DNA from: Albugo candida
Lineage: Eukaryota
Assembly (NCBI GenBank): GCA_040437565.1
Contig: JBDOQK010000072.1
Span: 62,001 to 126,000 of the forward strand
Length of the DNA stretch: 64,000 nucleotides
Direction of reading: 5' to 3'
Under the pieces are notes generated by a model that was given only the letters and a program-made list of their open reading frames with translations, ran no database searches and was not told the DNA's origin. The position numbers and the translations under genes were made by a program. Below, piece after piece: positions 53,001 to 64,000 of this stretch (position 1 is the first letter of the stretch; each line of letters opens with the position of its first letter).

Positions 53001-55169
53001 CCGTCTTCGAAAAAGAGGTTTATCAAGTTTGAAGATTGCTTTATTCGTCTCATCGTGGTATTTTGTGGCCGTGAAAAGCATGAGCCGAGCAAGTTGCTTT
53101 GGCAAAAAGCCTCCCTCGGGATGGTCACTGTGTACGAAGTCCTCGATAGCCTTTATGATAGCTTCCGTAAACCATTCTGCGTTCTCTTTGTTCAAATGCA
53201 ACCAGTCATATAGGTGCAGATAGCACGCACCATGCTGCTCATCGCCGGTACCTATAAGATCAATCATGGGGAACAAAACAAGAATTTTGGAAAGATGCAA
53301 TAGAGCGTGCTCATCGGGCGGCTGTGTTAGTCCCTCAGTCATAGCTGCTTGAACCGCGAGAAGAGACTGATGCTGAACGTCCACTGAATAAGACGGTAAA
53401 ATATAAATTTCTAGCATGAAGCGTAGGGTATCGAGCGCCTTTGTGTCCAATAGCTCTGACGAGATTGCTTGATGGTCGTGGTACTTCATCACGATTTGCA
53501 AATCATTGCTCTGGAAGACCCGCAGCATCGCTAGTAAGGCGTCTTGTGAATGACGTTTGCGTGTGTCGGAGAAAATGGCTTCGTGTACATAAAACACATA
53601 CTTTCGTAAGATGTTCGTATGCTTCTCTGATGAGATATTTTGCCAATAATAAGCTGACAACCATTTCGCTAGAAACTCCGTTATAGTCTCAAGCAAGTGT
53701 GTACTTTTAGATGAGTTGGTTTTGTACAAAAGGGGATCGTTAGTCGCTGGCAAAAAGGTTGTCATGACAAATAAGTGAAAATCAATATCAATAGCCAACA
53801 TAGCTCTTGTGTTCTCCGGTGCTGTTTGTCCGCTTCGGATGTCTTGAATTACTATTTCCATAGCTTTTAAACATGTCTCCATGAAGCCGCCCAGCAGTTT
53901 TCGTCGTAGTATTGGATTCTTGTGATCAAATATCTGACTGAACAAACTTTGGAGCCATTTGAAAGAAAGTGCTACTGGCCAGAATTGTCCAGATGTTATT
54001 TCTAGCTTTTCTGTTTGCAGACAGCAATATAAGAGTTCCTGAATCTGAGGCCACACCTGTTCAACAAGATGCTGTTCCTGCTGGAATTGGATCACCTGAG
54101 ACGCTGCTAAAAAGACACTCCATTTCTTCAGTAGTTTATCAGGTGGTTTATTAAAAGAATCAACAGATAGAACCCCAGAGTAGCTAGCAAATGCAATCTG
54201 AAGTACACCGAGGCTGTATTTTTGCGTAAGACTTTCAGAAGACCTCATTCCATAACAAATGAGATTTTGTATCTTTTCATTACTCATCAAGATTGGTTGG
54301 TGCGAAATCACGTTCCATACAAAATTCAGAAGCATTCGGGAATAAGCACTCGACTCATTCATCAATTCAGTGGAAGCCTGAGAATATTCGTATCGATTCA
54401 GCATTGAATGAAAAAAATCAAGCACAGCATTTACTTCTTCCTTGTTTCCTTGTAGCCACTTTTCAAAGATGCAAGTGATCATCGAGTGTAGAAATCCTTC
54501 ATTCAAAGGAAGACTTTGTGCTGCCGACGATGCAAGATCTAAAATGCAATGTCTAACTTGCACTACTAGAGTCTCATTATGAGATTTAGCATCGAGAAAT
54601 TGATACAATTGCAGTAAAACTTTGCAAAAGAGTTGATCTTGTATGTTGTTGTGGTCACGCACTTGCTGAATGTAGTGGCTTGCCTGGTCGATCATCCTGT
54701 CTATGCTCATCCTAACAAGTGATTGGTCAAGGCTGGCATAAGCGAGTACTTTTTCAAGTATATTGAGTAGGATCAAATGATATTTTTGATAGCCTTGAAT
54801 TTGTAGCATCGATGTGCAAATAAACGGAAGGAGCAGAATTATCCACTTTGATTGTTCTGTAGGATTTACCGCAATGATTAAGTCGCGCTCTTGTTCGATT
54901 GCCTGATGGACGCACTCCTCAAGTACGCTCAAGTGTATCAATAGTTGTTGATCGTTTAGGCCAGATCCTGCCTGATTGTTATCGAGCAATATAGAATCGA
55001 ATGTTTGTAGGTATGTGTGTATATCGGATATGGAAAATATAGAGACTGAACCGATAGCTATGTATCGATATTGATTGATCAGCTTATCGAGATCATCGTC
55101 CTTTGATAACGGTGTGCGGTGCTGAAGCCGGCAGTACAAGTGATCGAGATGACGTGCAATACCAGTCAT
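50085..55169 (-). CDS. TARBP1: tRNA (guanosine-18 2'-O)-methyltransferase TARBP1/Trm3
   Basis: 1694-aa ORF with a long helical N-terminus and a C-terminal SpoU domain: ASLIEKVTNLAGLARTCEIFG, LGSEGAGIP, EIPQFGLVRSLNVHVSGA. Confidence 0.93.
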   Translation of the reverse strand: MTGIARHLDHLYCRLQHRTPLSKDDDLDKLINQYRYIAIGSVSIFSISDIHTYLQTFDSILLDNNQAGSGLNDQQLLIHLSVLEECVHQAIEQERDLIIAVNPTEQSKWIILLLPFICTSMLQIQGYQKYHLILLNILEKVLAYASLDQSLVRMSIDRMIDQASHYIQQVRDHNNIQDQLFCKVLLQLYQFLDAKSHNETLVVQVRHCILDLASSAAQSLPLNEGFLHSMITCIFEKWLQGNKEEVNAVLDFFHSMLNRYEYSQASTELMNESSAYSRMLLNFVWNVISHQPILMSNEKIQNLICYGMRSSESLTQKYSLGVLQIAFASYSGVLSVDSFNKPPDKLLKKWSVFLAASQVIQFQQEQHLVEQVWPQIQELLYCCLQTEKLEITSGQFWPVALSFKWLQSLFSQIFDHKNPILRRKLLGGFMETCLKAMEIVIQDIRSGQTAPENTRAMLAIDIDFHLFVMTTFLPATNDPLLYKTNSSKSTHLLETITEFLAKWLSAYYWQNISSEKHTNILRKYVFYVHEAIFSDTRKRHSQDALLAMLRVFQSNDLQIVMKYHDHQAISSELLDTKALDTLRFMLEIYILPSYSVDVQHQSLLAVQAAMTEGLTQPPDEHALLHLSKILVLFPMIDLIGTGDEQHGACYLHLYDWLHLNKENAEWFTEAIIKAIEDFVHSDHPEGGFLPKQLARLMLFTATKYHDETNKAIFKLDKPLFRRRQHLSKLDSDDHRLYFSLLAAWENEVQEVLQYQVHDQCHTSLRISVDPIGIYQQINQKIDDRFSGCEWLFSTAMELAEAWLDHVCGISRKLWVDEYCSTLWLNNVVRVGTQVAIHLMEARGSLVEFCLLSNLTLRFSVLVVAPRTQLRVSETVQIYELQTIAMEFLATMSKMQPHVAEMIPLFHASHPFLQSLCHIHIEPSGGNNGPNDAEMTPFKSYNKALAAFTVARWQVIHTIVTSSPYLPTQLKHQVTKACVEAFETMGSQPETLLHITETLTCCSTCYIKDEPDHDASDSIINSVWNTYMDCSTRTDALTQAVIFFVLENTLSYCANPQLFTKWFTTIVEYGENNRPNVIYHLATRLCRIWQQDLDVASSFVPMILKFLLYREPKEINRSTKNISGIKSPTHDQFVRLRVLTWLEQLSETPKITDSLILMLLQHYVNDPDWQKPQMIHSHVFGYEVRAWQALCVLTRHISSLSLLQKVEDLFYNSIFCLPKLSAIRHYYELFGMRLLERSNDLQVLPDTLQKHILPLLFNFNQPPQQMTSLLLILGHFVHIHIEKYSVLALKTLTITETLSTPHPIQTMPIIETLISGFLCWLNASHGHVRVIAQYFLRTLLPHYIALNENEQRKSGMHPLEWRFLTETCRFLSENKECMRMSRRQSLQIANIQPGHRCSVQGLLESTYWHVESNDILPKEDQFSWTFQIRESLKHTYTQFQLEYTHSSFHENPAALNCIKQDLDNLNQRNNHEAPSLKSIPVDASISVVQRKIDVSSRCKTFTIDPPLPVTSVNDSQHLPSFAMSGNSCYPKGNRVIMCASLIEKVTNLAGLARTCEIFGAEKLVVSNLRVLNNDATFASMSSSAHKWIRMEEIPCGEALIHAIRQWKEVDKYQIIALEQTSRSQCCSEFRFPDNVVIILGSEGAGIPVEILRLVDVCVEIPQFGLVRSLNVHVSGAILLWEYTRQRLLGSIDSTD

Positions 55170-55436
55170 TGTGCCAAATGCTATTGCTGTGATTGGATTA
55201 TCAAATGATACAGGACCTGTTATTGGGCATCAATTTATCAGCATCAACTCCATGAGAAAATAAAGATATNNNNNNNNNNNNNNNNNNNNNNNNNNNNNNN
55301 NNNNNNNNNNNNNNNNNNNNNNNNNNNNNNNNNNNNNNNNNNNNNNNNNNNNNNNNNNNNNNNNNNNNNAACTCCATGAGAAAATAAAGATATGCAGCCC
55401 GGTGGTTCATAAGCTTAAATACGTGACTGCGTCATC

Positions 55437-55660
55437 TGACAAGCCCTTGGCTAGCAGAGGGGCTATCGGCTCCGCAAGTCTTGCTAGATAGGCTTGTGGA
55501 GAGAATGGTAAAAATGAGAATAATATTGAAAGGTAGTAAGATCTAACGTGCTTAAACTAACGGCTTCATATAACCTCCAACTGCCCTGTCCACAGATGTC
55601 GTTGCCTTAACTGTCCATCCATCAGATAACCCATGCATCTTATCATTATGCGGCATGTCA
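55437..55660 (-). repeat. 3' LTR
   Basis: Termini tgaca...tgtca; homologous to 59139-59347. Confidence 0.88.
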
Positions 55661-58600
55661 TACTCCCTCCATGAAGCCACGAAGCACGGGGCTTTAGCAC
55701 GGAAAGATGCGGCGAAAACTGACTTGATCAGTCGATACGCCCTTGTCGATCGTCGCCGTCTTATTTGTGTGGACTGTCTGGATAGCAAAAGGTCCATTGG
55801 AAGCTGCACGGGTTTTGGCTCGAAATGTTCAGGAACACGGAGCATAACGTGATCACCGGGTTTGTAAAAGTGTCCCGACCGATTGCTATTCCCACGATCG
55901 TTGTCGAAGATTATCGTTTCGAAGCAACATTTGGAGAGATAGCTCCACTTGCCTGGTATAGCTGCCGGGTCATCATGTCTTGTCCAAATAATACTTGACC
56001 TGGCGATGCATTTAAAATGCTATGGAACTGGCATGAACAGCAAATGCAGCATACTAAATAGCCATTTTCCAGTCGACACCTGCTACGAGGGTGTCGACTG
56101 AGTGATTCCTTTCACATATAGAGTTCGCTTGGGGGTTCTTCGATGTGATCGGCTTAGCTTTGATGCAATAACGGATCAGAAGTTCCTGAAATTCGGCACC
56201 TGTAAACACTGTCCCTAGATCAAGAGGGTATCGACACAACCATTCCCGATCAAAGCTCTCGGCAGTGGTGAGCGCCAGCTTGTTTTTTTGGAACACCAAC
56301 TTCAAGCCACCGTGTAGCCTGATCAATCATGGTGATCCCGTCGCTTCCGTCTTCATAGGGCCCAATTAGATCGACATGGACCACATCAAATGGATTCACG
56401 CTCTTTATAGTTCTGGGTGGTAAAATGCCATAATCTTATTTTCCGCCATGAACTTGGCACGCTTGCAAACCAAACGCGTCTTGAGTAATTGCGCAATTGA
56501 AGATTCCATGATTGGCCAGTACAGGATCAGGCGCATGGTCGTAGAGTCTCTCAATGACTGGATGCCCAAGATTCTCATGGTACCAGTGCACTAAGTCATC
56601 GCGGAGCGTGAGTCGGACAATTACACGATCCTGATAGGTTACCAAGGTCCACCCAAATAAAAGGTAATAGCTGATAGTCGGGGTTATTGGAGCCCGAAAG
56701 ACATGAAGACTTAAGACATTGGGTCTTCGTCTTGATGTTGCCGAAGTACCGGACCATGCATGACACAGTGAGGCTCTTCCTCGATTGAGCAGATCTCATC
56801 CATAAGCGGCACATCATCTTCTTCCATGGTCTGGAACCGCGTTCGCGAGAAGGCGTCTACTTTAACATTTTCCCTCCCTTGATATAGTGCATCGTCAAGT
56901 TGTACTCGGAAAGAAGCAATTTCCAGCGCTTNNNNNNNNNNNNNNNNNNNNNNNNNNNNNNNNNNNNNNNNNNNNNNNNNNNNNNNNNNNNNNNNNNNNN
57001 NNNNNNNNNNNNNNNNNNNNNNNNNNNNNNNGTGGTAAAATCCGTCGCTCGAAAACACCAAGAGATCATCTAGGTACACAACAACGAAGTCCAGATCACT
57101 AATAATCTTCTCCATGCATGCTTATGATCACCAGACGCGGTAGAAATTCCCATGGGAAGACGCTTGTATTGGTACTTTCCAAAAAGAAGGCAGATGGTAG
57201 TAAGCGGTCTGCTTTGCTTAGCCAACTGTATACAGTAGTAGCCCATGTTGGCATTCAAAGTCGTTAAGCACTTTGTTGTCGACAGACATAGCAGGATCTC
57301 GCGTATTCGGGGAACAAAATATGGACTGCGGAGTAGCCAGCGATAGAGTACTCTATAATCAATCACCTGGCGAAGAGAACCGTTAGTCTTTGTCAAGAAA
57401 AACGCCGCACAGGCCATTTCTCAATCATATATCTGTTTCAATACGTCGAGTTGTGTCCGACACTGGATCTCTACTCTTGCTGCGTTATCTTGGCTGCGGA
57501 AAATTAGATATGGCCTGACATGAACTGGTTTATACTCTGGTGATAGTGGTAAGATGTAATAATCAAACCTCATACGTCCCAGATGACGATCATACAAATG
57601 ACGATTCTTCTCTAGCAGCTCCATGTAGCTCATGGTTAACTCGGCAGTCAGATGATTCAGCAACAATTCCTTTGGATCGACAGCCGAATCCGCAAGCTCT
57701 TTATATTCTTCTACATATTCCGTGTCGAGCATGTCTGACTTGGTACCATCAAATCACCTGTATTGATTTGAAGACAATGTTCGTCCCATTGAACTGTCTG
57801 ATTACTAAAGTTGATCGTAATGCCAAGTGCACGAAGAAAATCTCTACCAATGACCATAGCATCCTTGCTGTCTTCAATCACTTGAAAGCGGTGCATTATA
57901 ACTGAATCAGTCTTTACCTTCAGCGAAACCGGGCGACGATGATCCAACTACTCTTCACAATGTGGCCCATGGTTTCAAACACCGTCGTTACTTGCGGGAC
58001 CACTTTGTATCCATGTTTGGTACTTGCAAGCACAAATGACTTGTTGACGATACTTCCTGAAGCACCAGTGCCCAACAGAGCTGCGAAAGTTTCTTTGTCA
58101 TGACGAATTTGCGCGGTAGTGCGCAACGGAGCTGTTGGGACAATAGGCATTTTCCGGACTACTAGACCAATGAGCTTGCACTAGTTTCCACTGCTCATAT
58201 CGTCCTCCTTAAATACAGTCAGGTACGTCTCTTGATCACTTTCGACTTCCAGCTACTTGTGCTCCTCAGTTTTTTCTTCTTGAGAGCGAAGCAATGAATT
58301 GTATTGTGCGATCTTGTTTTGTGATGAGAGAACCCCTTTTCGCCATCATCCGGCCTTGGATTTGGTCTTGTTACTTCCTTCTTTCTCTTCTACTGTTGTC
58401 CACTCTTGTGAACACTGCTGTCTTCGCTGCGACCGTATGTATCCTCGCGGCCTCGGTAAGGTCCACGCTCTTCTCGTGCATCGGGGAACTTGTGCAGTCA
58501 CTGTTTTTTGCAAGAAATAAAGTATCATTTCATTGAATGTATCGTGTGCTATACCCGCAGCTGCAAGTTTGTCTTGCCGTGCCATCGACATCCCACGCTT

Positions 58601-59138
58601 GAAGTATCGGCGCATCTGCACATCTGGAATTGCCTCGGTATTTTTCAGGGAGCTCGGCAAAAACACGAACATTCTCGCGCAGACACTTGGAGAACATGAG
58701 CATACTTCCATCCCGTCACTTGATCATGTTTCATAGCTCGTGGTCCATATTTTCGCAGAACCCGTCTGGCCCAGAAAGCCGTCCCTCGGCTGTATTGAAA
58801 TGGTCAAATGACCATTTTCAGATCTCGCTTGGGCCATCAGCAGGTGCACATCATGAGCAGGGCCCCCCTCAATAAGCGCAATCAAGTTGAGGCTCTTCTG
58901 TTCTTCGTTCCAGCACTTCTTCTTGAAGAGGACCTGGAATTCGCAACTCCACCTCAGAAAGCTGCGCGGACTGTCACCCTTGAATTTTCGCATCTTAACT
59001 TGTAGTCTATCCGCTAGGATGCAATCTTTAGCTGGTGAAACAATCACCGTATAAGTGACGAAGTTTTCATCGTCGTGTCGACCCATGCTGGATGGGTCTT
59101 GATTCTCTTCTGTCCGATTCGGATTGGATTATTCAAAA

Positions 59139-59347
59139 TGACAAGCCTTTGGCTAGCAGAGGGATCATCGGCTTCGCAAGCTTGTGAAGAGAATAATAAA
59201 AGTGAGAATAATATTAGAAGGTAGTAAAGCCTAACGTTCTTGAACTAACGGCTTTATACAGCCTCCAACTATCATTTTCACAGCTGTCGTTACCTTAACT
59301 GTCCATCCATCAGATACCTCATGCATCATGTCATGTGCAGCATGTCA
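59139..59347 (-). repeat. 5' LTR
   Basis: Termini tgaca...tgtca; clearly diverged from the 3' LTR, with substitutions and an indel. Confidence 0.88.
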
Positions 59348-59698
59348 CATCCGTAAGTACTATCCGAATTTGCGTTCCACTTTTTCATAGTAGCCCGAAA
59401 CTACCATTTGAGATGAGGCATAGGATCTGATAATTGTGTGGCTTTCGTAATGAGAGAAAAAAGCACGTAATCTTGGTGTCGCTACGATCTTTCCTGTTCG
59501 GTATGTGTGCGATGTCATCGACCCGAACGAGCAACTTGGTCATTGGACGCCTATCATAGCCACAGAGAAGGTGCTCAACGTACTGCACATATATAGAGCA
59601 AGTAAGCTACAAAGGGTACGCCCCAGCTCAGTAGAGTATAACTAAATTAGACTAACTGAATCTACTAGTTGCCTGGGCTATCTTAAATAATAAATTTA

Positions 59699-59956
59699 GG
59701 GAGTCGGTATACCCACGACCCCTGTTTTCAATGGGAACCGGCATCGCCACACCCCCTAATTTTCAAACTCGCTATGCAATATATACATTGCTATTAATAA
59801 CTACGCTATCGTGAGTACTCTATCCTCACTATGCCACTTGCTCCACCCCCCAAATCCACATATGAGACCTATGAGAAAGCAGAAGACAGGTAGTACAAAC
59901 CTGGTGTGGCGGTACCGGTTCCCACTTGATTAAGGGGTATGGTGATACCGGTTCCC
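59699..59956. mobile_element. MITE with ~55-bp imperfect TIRs
   Basis: The left arm gggagtcggtata...gggaaccggcatcgccacacc is mirrored by ggtgtggcggtaccggttccc...gataccggttccc. The interior is non-coding. Confidence 0.7.
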
Positions 59957-59967
59957 ATTCAATTTAA

Positions 59968-61058
59968 GGTGTGTGGCTATATTCACTCCTTTGCAAGTCA
60001 CGTGACACATTATTATACATTCAAAATATAGGCCAGTGGTGTTTCCGCCTTCATTTGCTTCAATATGCTGCACATACTCACTCTCTCGAAGATCATCAAA
60101 AAGAGGTTTAGCGGATCTCTCCCCGCGAGTTGGTTGCTTCGAAAGTTGATCGTGCGCTGTACAAAGTGCGCAGGTTTGCGAAGGTGTTCTTTTCGGTCAT
60201 CCCTTGCGTTGACAAGATTGCAGTCGATTTGATTCCCGCATTCGTCATTTTCTTCACTTCTTCTTCCTGTTCTTCGGTCAGCTTTCTATGGGTCGAAATG
60301 TCCGGAGGATGAAGAGAACGTCTGTGATTGTGCTCGCTGTGTATCATCTTCAACTTCTATTTCCCGTAATATTTTGAAATGTTTCGTAGAGAGGAGAAAA
60401 GGGCAGTCAATGAGCCGATATGTTGTCTGTCGCTTCCGTTCTGATACTTAAGACAGGTGCACGCCACCACGTTCACATTTCAAGTACGCATTTTTTCCGG
60501 TAATCGAACACTTGATAGTCACTGCATTTTCGTGGCCAAGGACCCATTTCTGTCTTTGGAAAGCAATATTTCACGGCTACCATATTGGACCTATTGAAGA
60601 GGGATCATGCCTGGAGCGTTCTTCGCGTCAGAGGATCAAAAAGGCCTGGCATTTGCTGCGCGTCAGCCGTTCTGTTATTGCGTGAATGGCAGCATCTTCC
60701 CATAACATTGTCGTTCGGCGGAAGCAAAGCCTCTGTCGAAGACAAGTATGTTGCATCCGTTGTACCTGAGAAAAAGAAGGTATGGGTGGCGTCAGCTACC
60801 ATTTGCTTCCGTTCTAGCATGACTGTCTTGCTAGAATGAGCGCCCTCTTTACAGTACCATTCTGACGATGCATAGTCCAAGAGGTGGAAGGTAAGTCCCG
60901 GAGAGGGTAAAAGGTTATTTTTCAGAATTGAAAAGAGGAGAATAAGTCGGTCGCCTCTGTTGAATCTGAAGAGTAATCACGTAGACGTGACCAGAAGCTT
61001 TGGTCACGTGGTTTAAAAGGTAGTGAATCTAACCGAAAAGGGAGTGAGTATCAATTCC
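59968..61058 (-). mobile_element. MULE deletion derivative carrying the transposase N-terminus (FAR1-like)
   Basis: Minus-strand LKCERGG, LIDCPF and EHNH...HRKLTEEQ..V..M..AG. Ends contain attcact..cacgtgac inverted motifs shared with 62439-63162. Confidence 0.75.
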
Positions 61059-61196
61059 TTAAATTCATGGGTGTGACTATTGCCATACGCGTTTTCACTA
61101 TTGCCACAGACAAAACACTCCTGATTGGCTAATTTCTGGAACATTAGTATGATTGGTCGATACCGTTGCTATATTACTGCTACAACGTAAGATATA

Positions 61197-62403
61197 GGGA
61201 GGTGCTCACCGGACACCCCCCACCTCCTCACATACGTTTTATATATTTCAATCACCTCCCCCCTTATTTAAATTAAGGAATAGGTCACATATTATTTGGG
61301 GACATCCTGAACAGGAAACCCCGTACCCTACACAGCACATATGTGCTACATGANNNNNNNNNNNNNNNNNNNNNNNNNNNNNNNNNNNNNNNNNNNNNNN
61401 NNNNNNNNNNNNNNNNNNNNNNNNNNNNNNNNNNNNNNNNNNNNNNNNNNNNNCCCCCCACCTCCTCACATACGTTTTATATATTTCAATCACCTCCCCC
61501 CTTATTTAAATTAAGGAATAGGTCACATATTATTTGGGGACATCCTGAACAGGAAACCCCGTACCCTACACAGCACATATGTGCTACATGATCACGGCCT
61601 CTTCTCCACCTCAACGTCATCCTGTTGGAACATGGTCTATTTGTGGCCCACGCGACATTGAAATAGTTCAACCACGGGCGACCGTCCTTCGCTATGATGT
61701 CATTGAACGACCGTGCTGTTTGAAATAGTGCGCGATGTTGTAAGTCAACAGCATTCATGCATGCGGGTTTGTCTCAAGATCCCTTTGATACTTTCTAACT
61801 GACATCTGCCGTTTTACAGACTCATCGCATAATACTGACAATTACCAATAGCGAAAAGAAAAAGCACAATTGCAAGAAAAGGGCGTTGAGATAAGCCACA
61901 ATGATTCGTGTATGATTTCTTCTTACCGGGTTTTTTTAGGCTATTGGAACTGATAGCGATTCCGCCCACGATGTCCCGCTTGCCCAAGAATTGCGCATGG
62001 AGATGCTGGCTCGGCTGGGAGTCTTAATATGAAATTGAGTAGATAGGTAAAGCAGGTGGGAATTAGGAGTGTACAGCTATGCAGAATTTTATCCGTCGCT
62101 CTTAATTTTATGATAACCTTTCCCATTTATTACTCACCCTTTCAAACCAATCAGTAAATCAATAACAGATTCAGCAGCCATAGCATTTTATTTTTCAAAT
62201 TATACGTCGATCGGAATTCTTGTCAACGCATTTCCCTTTACTAAAACTGAAACGCCGAAATCAACATATCAGCAAACCAAAACATGACTACGTATTGACT
62301 CATATTTAATTATGAGGGCGGGTGTTCATTAAAAATAAATAAAACAGATGTGAGAAAGGGGTGGTGTCCGGTTAGCAAAGGGGGTTTCTGGTTAGCAGCT
62401 CCC
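61197..62403. mobile_element. Non-autonomous TIR element (MULE-like)
   Basis: TIRs gggaggtgctcaccggacacc / ggtgtccggttagc...ggttagcagctccc with an 8-bp direct repeat aagatata on both sides. Contains one gap duplication. Confidence 0.75.
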
Positions 62404-62438
62404 AAGATATATTTTAGAACTTCTCCATTATATAAAAG

Positions 62439-63162
62439 GGGAATTGTTATATTCACTTCCTTTTAAGCCACGTGAGACGCATTATCATACATTCAATTAT
62501 TTGCCACTGCACATTTAACTCTAAAAGAAGGGTTTAGAAGAGGACGGGTTTTATTGGAGGTTCAAAATGGATTCTAAAATTTCCCTTCGGATATCTAAGG
62601 GATTTGGGGCATGCCCTCTAATTGCTCGGCCCTGAGCTGCTTTCTTAGCAAAAAAAGCAAGCGAATGCGCCACATTGGTTGCCATCATTTTGCTTGCCGC
62701 AATCTGCTACTTTGGCGTACAACTTGTGCGATTCTCCGCCAGCCAGACCGTTTTCAGGAATATTGTCACACATCCAAGGTCGTGTTTCTCAAAATTCACT
62801 GGCAAGAAAGAATCTACCAGGAGCAAATGCTTGTCGGAACATCACAATTGTAAACGGAATGTACCCGTTTCAGCGCACATTCCGTTTGCCATTCTTACTC
62901 ACAAAGGTCACACGGGCTGGTGGATGGCCACGGAGGGATTCAAGAAAGATACTTTCTCCCCTTTTGGATGCTGTTCTAAACGTTGTCGGATGGTGGGGGC
63001 GTATCACGACCTGGTCGGACGTAGGTGTGTACCTCCGGAGGTATGAGACAACTGTCTGGTCCTTCGACCAGGCTGTTGTAAACTCTAACGGACATATCTT
63101 TTGGTCACGTGGCTCAGACGGGAGTGAATCTAACCGAACAGGGAGTGAATAAAACAATTCCC
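62439..63162 (-). mobile_element. MULE deletion derivative carrying a Ulp1/SENP (C48) protease fragment
   Basis: TIRs gggaattgttatattcact ... agtgaataaaacaattccc with near-TSD tatataaa(a)g. The minus strand encodes KQNDGNQCGAFACFF/AKK...DIRREILESIL*. Confidence 0.8.
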
Positions 63163-64000
63163 TATATAAAGTCAAAATTAATAGAATAATACAGGCGCTG
63201 CATACGCTCACGTGAATATATTATCGTTTCTTATTCGTACAAGATATTCAAATAATCGTAATAAAAATTTCCAAAAGGTATTTTATTTGATTTAAGATAG
63301 TCCAGACATCACGCAAAAGATGCTTCACGACGAAGCGCCATCATAAATTTGGTCCCCAATTGATATTAGTAAGCTTTATCCACTTCAGTGTTCAAATTTC
63401 GCATTTGGGAAATTCTTGTAGAGAACAGACTGGGAAATTCCGCGTTCTTGAAATCAATCTTCATGATGTTAACAGATGCATTACCACGAATTCTTCATTC
63501 TGTCCCAGCGCACCAACTTCTTATTCCGTCGTCGTGCTATATGAATGGTTGAAGAAACTACACACGACAATTGCGCAAGTTTCTCGACTCTCTGAAAAAT
63601 CTGGATGATCGCCTTTCTCGATGCGCATGTGGCGATTCGATCCAATTTCTGACGATTTTCCGCGGATGTTTATTTACTTCTTGACCTTTTCTGTAAGAGA
63701 ACGACATGTAAATAGATCATGCCTTTTAGGTGGAGTGGCAACAAGTGGGCTTTTTTGGAAAGAATTTAGAAACGTGCTGCCAGATTCAACTAAGCAACTA
63801 GTAGTCATGCAGCAATAATGCAAAACTTCGGAAGAAGTCCCAGTGGCTTTTTCTGAAGAAGACCCGGATGTATAGTGCAGAGATTAATAAGACGGCTATG
63901 GTCTTCTTTTAATCCAAGACAGAGTATTTATTTAACAGTAAGTTTAGTTTGTGTATCACACTTCTGATATAGAACATTGCATTGTGTTGCTCTTTCATAA

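Larger units (their letters stand above)
55437..59347 (-). mobile_element. Degenerate Ty3/Gypsy LTR retrotransposon with both LTRs
   Basis: Order is gag, protease (ALLGTGASGS), RT (YQYKRLPMGIS, VVYLDDLLVFS), then integrase (YHENLGHP, KNPQANSICER). PPT ggagggagta sits next to the 3' LTR, with direct repeat catc on both flanks. Multiple frameshifts. Confidence 0.92.

Noticed and set aside
59613..59680. Second SINE head (gggtacgccccagctcagt)
   Set aside because: Only A-box-like similarity, with no B box, body or TSD.
62611..63152. Plus-strand ORFs, including a signal-peptide-like MVAIILLAAICYFG
   Set aside because: TTG start (not ATG) inside a TIR element and antisense to the Ulp1-like fragment; shadow ORFs.
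1..64000. CRISPR arrays, prokaryotic operons or defence systems, rRNA
   Set aside because: The sequence is eukaryotic with spliceosomal introns. No regularly spaced repeats or rRNA-like sequence were seen. The many short ORFs antisense to the long genes are shadows.

Overview
Eukaryotic genomic scaffold, most likely an oomycete. This is inferred from the compact genes with short GT-AG introns, a BT1 folate transporter, an axonemal CCDC39 and a CM-PDT fusion. An Albugo-like genome is plausible but unproven. Housekeeping genes: Mic10, YEATS/Yaf9, chorismate mutase-prephenate dehydratase fusion, a 360-aa unknown protein, anoctamin, BT1 transporter, CCDC39, IBA57 and TARBP1/Trm3. They are interleaved with decayed transposon clusters: nested Mutator-like elements (MULEs), a 5'-truncated LINE, pogo- and mariner-like relics, a tRNA-derived SINE and a two-LTR Gypsy element. 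Nine ~100-N gaps are present, and eight are flanked by duplicated sequence that is probably unmerged contig overlap. Best leads: (1) a MULE family whose deletion derivatives carry either the transposase N-terminus or a Ulp1/SENP protease C-terminus; (2) a Pack-MULE-like element with a RecQ-like fragment interrupting an ORF; (3) a eukaryote-type chorismate mutase fused to a PDT-ACT module with eroded catalytic motifs; (4) a clean SINE insertion; (5) possible decayed CHxC/CCG effector relics. All family calls are by-eye motif recognition; no searches were run.
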